Assembly: GCA_028023455.1 (NCBI GenBank)
Contig: JAQFVV010000005.1
Location: 18,600,001-18,664,000, forward strand
Length of the DNA: 64,000 nucleotides
Direction: 5' to 3'
DNA from: Epiperipatus broadwayi
Lineage: Eukaryota > Animalia > Onychophora
The notes beneath the pieces are model-generated. The model did no database searches and had not been told where the DNA came from. It worked only from the letters and a program-made list of their open reading frames with translations. Positions 55,100 to 64,000 of the stretch are shown in pieces; positions within the stretch are counted from its first letter, which is position 1, and every line of letters begins with the position of its first letter. Both the position numbers and the translations under genes were made by a program.

Positions 55100-56404
55100 T
55101 GTAGTGTTTTGTAAAATGGCAGACATTTTGTGCACTCCAGAAAAAACTAGAATTTATTCGTAAGGCTGTTTTTAGATCGCGCTCTGATAGCTGAGGAATT
55201 TAATTAGTGCATTGACGGAATGGCGATCGACAATTCCTAGAAATATTTGCTAATTACAAATGTTTCTAGATAAGAGACATTACCTTATTGGTCAGTGCAT
55301 TGATTGATCATGGCAGTTGTCAGAGAGCGATAAGAAGACTGGGTAACATCGAGCAGTGTAATATAGACAGCAGTAGAGAGCAGTCACGCAGTAGCAAGTT
55401 GCAGACCATGCGTTTGGAGAGCATCCGCTTGCAGACCATTCATTGGAGAGCAGTCGGTGCAGACCATTCATTGAAGAGCATCCGTGGCTGAGCTTCATTG
55501 CAGACCAATTTGTTGGAGAGTTTCGTTGCAGACCAATTCGTTTGGAGAGCTTCGTGGCAGACCAGTTCGTTGGAGAGCTTCATTGGAAAAGAACAGCGTG
55601 GGAATTGTATAATGTTATTTGCTGACCGCACAGTATGACTTGCAGTTATAACCTTGGCACAGTCGTAAGTGTGGATAGTACAATGGTGCAGTCGCATTTG
55701 GAACCTGGGAGTAGCGAATACGTTGAACTACAAGTTTAGCCTAGATGGAGAAACCGGGTGAAAATGTCAATCCCAATTAGTAACGTTAGCAACAAGGGTT
55801 TTTCTGGAGTGGAGGGAGGTGTGTAGTGTTTTGTAAAATGGCAGACATTTTGTGCTATCCAGAAAAAACTAGAATTTATTCGTAAGGCTGTTTTTAGATC
55901 GCGCTCTGATAGCTGAGGAATTTAATTAGTGCATTGACGGAATGGCGATCGACAATTCCTAGAAATATCTGCTAATTACAAATGTTTCTAGATAAGAGAC
56001 GTTACCTTATTGGTCAGTGCATTGATTGATCATGGCAGTTGTCAGAGAGCGATAAGAAGACTGGGTAACATTGAGCAGTGTAATATAGACAGCAGTAGAG
56101 AGCAGTCACGCAGTATCAAGTTGCAGACCATGCATTTGGAGAGCATCCGCTTGCAGACCATTCATTGGAGAGCAATCGGTGCAGACCATTCGTTGGAGAG
56201 CATCCGTGGCTGAGCTTCATTGCAGACTAGTTCATTGGAGAGTTTCGTTGCAGACCAATTCGTTTGGAGAGCTTTGTGGCAGACCAATTCATTGGAGAGC
56301 TTCGTTGGAAAAGAACAGGGTGGGAATTGTATAATGTTATTTACTGACCACACAGTATGACTTGCAGTTATAACCTTCGCACAGTAGTAAGTGTGGATAT
56401 TACA
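55100..56404 (+). mobile_element. Miniature non-coding LTR retroelement (TRIM-like), complete
   Basis: Two 583-bp TG...CA LTRs (55100-55682, 55822-56404; ~24 differences by eye) and a 139-bp internal region. PBS TGGTGCAGTCG (55684-55694, tRNA-Ser-like); PPT GGAGTGGAGGGAGG; 5-bp TSD ATAGT. Confidence 0.92.
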
Positions 56405-57636
56405 ATAGTAAATTATGTTTACTTTCATTTGTAGAATATAATTTCATTTACTTCTTTAAAAGTTGCCTTAACAATGGTGTTGTGATCAAGCAATACAAAA
56501 ATTGTCTCCAGTAGTAATTTGCTATTGTTTTACATGACAATAAAAATAATAATAATATTATAAATAAAAGCTAAAAATTACAGTTTTTATTCCACATTAA
56601 ATGGAAGCAACCATCTTTATCATATTTACATAAAAAAAAAAAGTATACAAAAATAAAACAAAATAAAAATAAGACCTGTTATAATTTTTATTTATATGGT
56701 GTATATCATGGTATACCTTCTATTGAAGCAAAAGAAGGGAATGTTTTCCCTATCATCTTAATATAACAATAATTTGTGTTTTTTATATACATAACAGTAT
56801 TTATATTTTATGCTTTTTTAACATTTTTTTTCATAAAAAAATTTACAAAATTTAGCATTGATTTATCATAATTGGAATGTTTAAAAAAATGTACTTGTTG
56901 TTTCCAAAAGGAATGCTTTTATAATATTTTAATAGTCACACATTATCTTTCTTAATCACATATAGTGGATTCATTTTGTTCTTTCATAAATACTATATCT
57001 TGTGTTGAGAATTAAAGTATTCATTTATTATTAACACTCGTAAAAAAGTGCATGCACAATGGCTTGAAAGGCTGATCTTTAATATATACCCATTAATGAA
57101 AGCGATTTTTGAATTTTTCCAGCATATGTAAAAGTAGTTCTGTATTGTATCCATGGAAATAATTTCTAAATTAAATATACACAGCAATATGAAGTTATTC
57201 CATTATTTACCATATGATTATGAAATAGCTCAAAAGGTATATAATAGCTATCCCATACAATGTTTCATTCCATGGAAACAAATGTTAAACTAAATTCATA
57301 TCCCATTGTTTGCCAATATGGTATGGTAAAAGCTCAAAAAGTATTTGTAATAGCTTCCACAACATTTTAGCCATGTGCCCTGAATAACTTATGTATAGTA
57401 AATTTGGTATTATCAATAACATTTATATTTAAATATATCAACAAAATAAGAATAACATAATATTTCAATCTCTTCTTCAATTTATAATATAAATATTAAT
57501 AATATTTTTATATTTTTAATATCTGTTGTAATATATAGGGTATATGAGCACAGACTTTCACATGACCCACCACTCTCCACACTATCTCATAACACTGATA
57601 CACTCGAACACATATATGTTGAAAAGATAAATAATC

Positions 57637-57680
57637 AGCAATATATGTATTTCATGCTAAACCAGCAATCATCAGTTGGT
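57637..57680 (-). ncRNA. Type-I minimal HHR (C3:G8)
   Basis: ACCAA-CTGATGA-T-TGCT-GGTTT-AGCA-T-GAAA-T-ACAT-A-TA-TTGCT. Confidence 0.75.
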
Positions 57681-58111
57681 CCAGATTACCATCTCTACAC
57701 ATATATGCTATAAGTGCTCAGATATATTTTAAGATAGCCAAACCTTATACTTTAATGGACAGGCTTCAACCTACTCCACACTCCAACTCTTCAACTGTCC
57801 ATCCAATTGAAAATTTGATGATGGAATGCTCAAAGGCTACTCTGAGGCCAATATTCTTATCACACCCATGTTGACTTAAGGTCAATCTGACCCCTCATGT
57901 ACAGGACATAATCCATTTAATACATATACAAGGGATGGGCAGACATCTCTATTATGAAATAACTGAAACACACAGGCTTATTATATACCTGTGTTTATAT
58001 ATGTAATATATAGGGTATACGAGCACAGACTTTCACACGACCCACCTCTCTCCACACAATCTCATAACACTGATACACTTGAACACATATATGTTGAAAA
58101 GATAAATAATC

Positions 58112-58155
58112 ACCAATATATGTATTTCATACTAAACCAGCAATCATCAGTTGGT
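58112..58155 (-). ncRNA. Type-I minimal HHR (C3:G8)
   Basis: ACCAA-CTGATGA-T-TGCT-GGTTT-AGTA-T-GAAA-T-ACAT-A-TA-TTGGT; perfect 5-bp stem I. Confidence 0.78.
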
Positions 58156-58949
58156 CCAGATTATCTTTTCAACATATATGTGTTCAAGTGTATCAGTGTT
58201 ATGAGATAGTCTGGAGAGTGGTGGGTCATGTGAAAGTCTGTGCTCATATACCCTATATATTACATATATAAACGCAGGTATATATAAGCCTGTGTGTTTC
58301 AGTTAATATCTGTTGTAATTTTAAATTAAACAACTCTTGATAAATTTGCTGATTGATTCTTTATTGATAGCATTTAGATATTTTAAATGTGTTGAAAATA
58401 AAATAATAATGAAGCAGGAAAAACAAAATCTTAAATGACAAATTTAAATATGAAAATTAAAATCTATTTGACATTTTAATACCAGTTACTATAACACAAT
58501 AGAACTTGATTATCAAAATGTATAAGAAAAAATATTTTATTGTATGGGATTGTTTTTTCTAAAAAAAAATGGGAAGGGGAGAATTTAGCTGATTTAAATA
58601 ATATACTTTAATAATTTATTTAAAACAACAACAACAACAAAAAAAAAAAGCAGGAAGCATAATTAAATAATGTATTGATGATCTTTAAAATATTTTTTAA
58701 TTCCTACTGATTGTGCTATATAAAGAGCTATAAGTTTTTGATTCAAAATAAAAGTTTTAATATTCAAAAAAATATTGGAACATTTAATTGATAATCTATC
58801 ACATAGGAACATGTGAACTACTTTTTTATAGCCATGAAAAAAATGATCATTCTTGCAATAGAGACAGCTATGTTGATATAGTGTATTTGTTAAAGTAGTT
58901 TTGATGGGTTATTATTGTGTCATGGTACTCTAACCCGACATGCTATGTG

Positions 58950-59245
58950 GCCGCTAGAGGTGCTGTTTCTGTGTTAGTACACAGAACATACAGAGTAGGG
59001 GCCTTGAAAGCAGGCAACGCTTTTTCCTGCCGCTAGGTGGCGCTGTTCACAATGTGCATGCACAGGAACCTTCCACAAGCTAGCTGGCTGCTTACATCCT
59101 CTGCTAGCAAGAACCTAGGTGGCGCTGATTGCCGTAAACACATCTAGCTTATGTGTCGTCTGCTACCAGAAACTACCAAGATTCTATCCCACTATGCGGC
59201 GCTGTTTCTCCATGTCTATACACGGAAAAACAGCAACCTCTAAAT
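58950..59245 (+). promoter_or_regulatory. Array of CTCF-consensus-like motifs, ~80-bp period
   Basis: GCCGCTAGAGGTGCTG, GCCGCTAGGTGGCGCTG, AACCTAGGTGGCGCTG, CCCACTATGCGGCGCTG, plus an inverted copy at ~59228-59245. Confidence 0.6.
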
Positions 59246-60249
59246 GCATTCATGCTAGCGTTTATGAACATAGTACTTAAAACTTTCATGGCATATAATA
59301 TACAGGGGTGAATAATTTATAAGTCATAACTATTTAAATATATGGTCAAACGTAATAATTTTACATTCTATTTCACCATTTCATGAATCGATGTATTTTT
59401 AAATTATGACTTTGTAAAAAGCGATCTGTTTTTTTAATTATTTACTCTAAAAGTGGTTTTTTTTTTGTAAATAAAACAAAAGGTAATTTTTACGACAATC
59501 TAAAAATCGGTCTGTGTTTTTTTTTTTTTTAAAAAAAAAAAGCTACTTTTTTTTTTCCTACGGCAGTATTTCTTTCAAAACTGTATTATTTTAAAAGATT
59601 ATTGTTTGTAAAACTTTTTTTTTACACTTTCAATTAATATTTTCAATACATTTTAAAGTAATACAAATTATATTTTGGTTTATAGATTACTATTTTGAAA
59701 AATAAAGTGTTATTTGCATGCTGGGTATACCACGTGCTTGTTACTCGCAAGCAATAATTCGAAGATCTGTTTATCAAAACTTCCTTTCACAATAATATTC
59801 AAGACATAAATATTAATTGAAATTGTATTTAAAATTTTAGAATCATTTTAATAACTAAAAATTTCATATACTCACAAGGAAATTTCAAAATAATAGGTTT
59901 AATAAGTACCGTATGAGAAAAGTAAGATATTATACAGAGTCAGAAAAAAAAAAGATTTAGAGCAAAATATATATACATTTAATATCTTTATTGATGGTTA
60001 GAATTTAAAAAGTTTCTTTCAAAACTGATACTTGTGTTAGGCTTGTATACTGTTAAAATTAAAACTATTAGTCCTCATAAATAATTTGGAAGACATTGAT
60101 TGTCAAAATTGGATGATCATTGAAAATTATATATGATCTTAATAGCCTAAAATTCAGAAGCCTGATAGTACTGTCTTTCCCAGTGCACTGTTTCTTTCTT
60201 TCATTATTGATACATAAGTAAGAACAGGTAAAACACATTTATTAAAAAT

Positions 60250-60790
60250 CTTCCTTTACAGACACATAGGTATATTTCCTTTTAGTATCAAGTTATTTCT
60301 ACCAAAAGCACTCCAACCAAGTTTAATTCTATGATTAATTTCATCCATTAAGTTTCCATCTGTATTAATAATCTGACCAAGGTGTTTGTAACTGTTAACT
60401 TCTTCTAACTCATCATAATCAATCTTTATTTTCATATTTTGAGCAAATCCATTAAACATTACTTTAGTCTTTTTAACATTTATCTTTAGTCCTACTTTCA
60501 TCTGATAACTCCTGCAACATTTCCTGCAGCTCTGAAGCATAAGTTGCAAAAACAACTACATCATCTGCAAAATCTAAATGACTTAAATAATCTCCATTTA
60601 CTTTCACTCCTTTAGCTTTCCATTTTAATCCACAAAATATTTCTTGCAGCACTGATGTAAAAAGTTTTGGAGATATTGAGTCACCTTGTCTTACACCCTT
60701 CTCAATGTTGACTTCAATAATTTTTGTTAAAAAATAAATTTACTGATAAAGATTTCATAAGAGTTTTCCAATCAGCTTCTAAAAGCTTAT
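60250..60790 (-). mobile_element. Decayed RTE LINE RT fragment
   Basis: GVRQGDSISPKLF, HL.FADDVV, KVGLKINVKKTKVM...YKHLGQII...INHRIKLGWSAF. Confidence 0.9.
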
Positions 60791-61059
60791 AACTAAATCC
60801 TCTAATTCATTCCCAGACAGAATTATTTAGACTGCAAGTGAGACTTTGTTAAGAGAAAGCAAAATTATGCTGGAAAATGAGACACCAAACAATACAAATC
60901 TAATATCACTTATGTTGAGAGAAAAATCTATTAAATCTTAAACTAGACAAATCTATAAGCATTCTTCCTGCTAACAAGAGCATTGTAACATTTGTAAATG
61001 GATAATAGTAATTATGATACAATAAGAGCTTCTCCCAACAGACTAAAAGTCACATACTA

Positions 61060-62450
61060 GCTATGAATCACAACTGTAAATATTATTCAGAAAGCATCCC
61101 TGATCACAGCTATTTCAATGATTTAGAAAAAATTAGATTGACATATTTTGGCAAAAATTCCACATCTTTGTGGTCATCTAAAATCAATAAAGGCCAGGTT
61201 CCATTAAGATCTATTGTTAATTCTGAAAAATCACTATATCAAAAATTCTAATGTTCTTAGTCCTTTGGCATACAAGAGACAGTTCTGTGTTAAAGATTCT
61301 AAGAAAATTGTAGAATTAATCAATAAAGAACTGACATATTGGTAAATTTTGATGTGAAAAACTTAATCACAAAAGTACTCTGTGATGAAGCATTATCTAA
61401 TGTAAAAAAAAGATTAAATAACAATAGTAGTGTACAAACCATAATAATTCTTCCAATTGATAGTTTAATTACACTTAACATTCTGCACAACATACTATTA
61501 TTATATACTATAAAATTCTTCCAACAAAATCAAAAGATGCTTTTTGATTCCTTATTGCTATCTCTGATCAGCAATATTTATATGGAAGAACTTGAAACTA
61601 CAACCAAAAATAAAATTCTATCTACAATTAAAGTCTGGCTTTTCTATGACCATATGGTAAAGCATTACTACAAACATTCTGGATACTATCAATAATTATG
61701 TTCTTTTAATTAAATTCACAATAGAATTAAAACAAGAACAGACACTACAGTTCTTAATTTTCTTTTGACAAGATTCCCTCATAGCAAAATCAAAATTACA
61801 ATCAACAGAAAACTCACACACTCTAATCAGAATAAAACTTCTTATTCAGAAACCAATAACTTGGAAAAAGAAAAATCATATAGCATAAACTCTCATGAAA
61901 AATACTTATCCATCAGCTATCATTATGAAATAGCCAACTAAAAGAAACACCATAAGAAAAAACAATTATAGGTATTAAAGCGTATCCATAGATATTAGCA
62001 ATTGCAGCTAAACTAAAGAAAATCTGTGATCAGTATATTAAGATTCCTTTCCAAAGTCATAAGTGCCCTATGAAAAATTCTAACTTCTATAAAACACAAA
62101 CTGCAAATATTAAAAAACAAAAACTGCATCTATGAAATACCATGTGAATATGGAAGAACATATATGTCTGAAATCATCTGACTCATTTCAAAATATGTAA
62201 TTAAAAGAGCAAAAAGTAATGATTAAAAAGAAAAACCAAATGCACCTAAAATACATTGGACAAGAAAAATAATGGGCAGAAAGTAAAAAGTAAAATTTGT
62301 ATAAACCATTCACATTTATAGTAGATAACTTCATAAACCAGTCTAATGTAAATAATTCATAATATTTCAAAACTACTCATTAACCTTGCCCTTAAAAAAA
62401 CTGGAGAAACCAAGAGAATCTTCATAGATAAATATATAAAATTTCTAGTG
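61060..62450 (+). mobile_element. Decayed Penelope-like element, RT + GIY-YIG
   Basis: SKINKGQVPLRSIVN, MVNFDVKNLITKV..DEAL, ISNIYMEELE, KFTIEL..EQTLQFL, NRKLTH, CIYEIPCEYGRTY. Confidence 0.9.
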
Positions 62451-62464
62451 ACTTGATTTTTCAG

Positions 62465-62760
62465 AATAGCCTAATTAGTAAGAGCAAGCATTACCTTAAA
62501 TTCACAAAACTAAAAATCCAAGGTTCAATTTCCATGCTAGTACTGTCACTGGTAAAGCCCGCAACATTTGAAGAAGAGATGAGAAAAAAACAGCACTCAA
62601 AATGTTGTAATAAATTAATCTGTATGCTTTGCTAACAGTTGAATGTATTTAAAAGTTTAAATAAAGTTTGATATCTTTTAAAAATATTTCATAATTAATA
62701 ACAGATGATGGAAATAGTTCAATATATAATTACAGGTAAAATCCCTATCATCACAAATTT
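62465..62760 (+). mobile_element. Older copy of the tRNA-headed SINE family of 17695-18258
   Basis: Shared blocks ATTACCTTAAA, CCATGCTAGTACTG, TAACAGTTGAATGTATTT, AGATGATGGAAATAGT. Confidence 0.75.
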
Positions 62761-63304
62761 TCAGATAAACATTTCCTGTTTTCAAGTCAATATGTGTAAT
62801 GCTTGGGACTGTTTTTGTATCTCCAGAATAATCTAAAGACTTATTTGAATTGAAACATCTATTGTAGTAAGGAATTTGACTGCAATGGTATGTTGACTAG
62901 ATATTTGGAGGTTTTATTAATCAACTATCTGGCTGGGGGATTTAACTATTAATGGGATGTTGTTTATACATGTATATCATATTTTGAAATTCTGAAAAAG
63001 CTAAAATCGGTAACTTTTCCTAAATTCATTTATTTTTGTTTTTATAGAATATTTGCTTATCAATACTTGTTCTTTATTAAAATTAAAACTGCAAAATTTT
63101 TATATGTTCATTCATCACCTGTGTTATTCACCTCCAAATCATAAGTCTTTGACTTAGTAAATGAGACTTATGCAAAGCATTACAATCAGAATGACATTGC
63201 TTTGGGTGAGATGAAAATCTATCAGAAGATAAGTCTGTTTTATAGCAGTCAAGATAATTTCAGGTCTAATGATGTATATTTAAATCACTATTATTAAAAA
63301 GCTA

Positions 63305-64000
63305 GTACACCTGGGTCTCTTTTTACACGGACTTATTTAACACGATTTTGAAGTTAAGCGATTCGTGTTTCACCGGAAGTCGAACTCCGATATTGAGCTA
63401 TTACTTTAAATAATAAATTTTGCACACTCACGTTATATTGAAAGTAATAGCACATTATTGGAATGCGACTTTCAACTTAGTAATTTCAATATTTTCAGTG
63501 CTTTATAGTAGTAAGATTTTATGCAATAATGAAATTAAAATCATGATTTCCACATTTTATGTATACACACATTAAATTTTACAAGATTATAATGTAAATT
63601 TGTTCAAACATTGTGCGTGTTAATTTTGCATTTTAAATCACATTCTGTTTTTGCTTTTTAAAAAAGAATGTTTAATCAATTATTAATCATTTAGTGTCCA
63701 CAAGTTTATTTTTAAAAGATGAGTCAGTGGGCACAATTAAAATTGAAAATAAAAGACAAAAAAAAGAATTTAATTTTTAGTTGTTAGATTAATTACTAAT
63801 TACGTTGGCACCAGAAAACCATTAATTAACACAACATGAGAGTGACGTTGACGCTAGTTGTATTTCATCTTGTGAAGAATCTGATTTTTTTATCAGTTTG
63901 CAAACGAACCTTTTTACCGGCAAATAGCGATAATAATTAAAACGTGTATAAAAAAATATAAATTACTGTAAATTATGCATAAAAATATATTGTTTTGAAT
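63305..64000. mobile_element. Possible left end of a young DNA-transposon/MITE (Tigger-like terminus)
   Basis: Abrupt CpG-rich block starting TACACCTGGGTCTCTTTTTACACGG; partner end not seen in window. Confidence 0.3.

Larger units (their letters stand above)
57533..58302 (-). mobile_element. Retrozyme-like element: 475-bp tandem unit with two HHRs plus terminal foldback
   Basis: Period 475 (AGGGTAT at 57537 and 58012); inverted arms 57960-58105 and 58161-58305; 17-bp TSD TTAATATCTGTTGTAAT (57516-57532, 58303-58319). Confidence 0.85.

Noticed and set aside
55288-56428. Duplicated ORFs with repetitive peptides; superficially CRISPR-like repeats
   Set aside because: They lie in LTR microrepeats with no unique spacers; eukaryotic context

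Overview
This is very AT-rich, CpG-depleted eukaryotic (probably arthropod) DNA, mostly decayed transposable elements: RTE and other LINEs, many Penelope-like elements (PLEs), tRNA-derived SINEs, a hAT MITE and a miniature LTR element. One convincing host exon (17084-17227, minus strand, RIM-binding-protein-like) suggests much of the window is intronic. The main unexpected signal is about 13 minimal type-I hammerhead ribozyme (HHR) motifs, found by eye in PLE tails and foldbacks. Their core 3:8 pair occurs in three compensatory states: C:G, A:U and U:A. There is also a 475-bp, TSD-flanked, tandem-plus-foldback HHR unit with retrozyme architecture whose cargo is an antisense LINE tail. About nine long inverted repeats or hairpins occur. 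All alignments and folds were done by eye; boundaries of decayed elements are approximate and no ribozyme activity is demonstrated.
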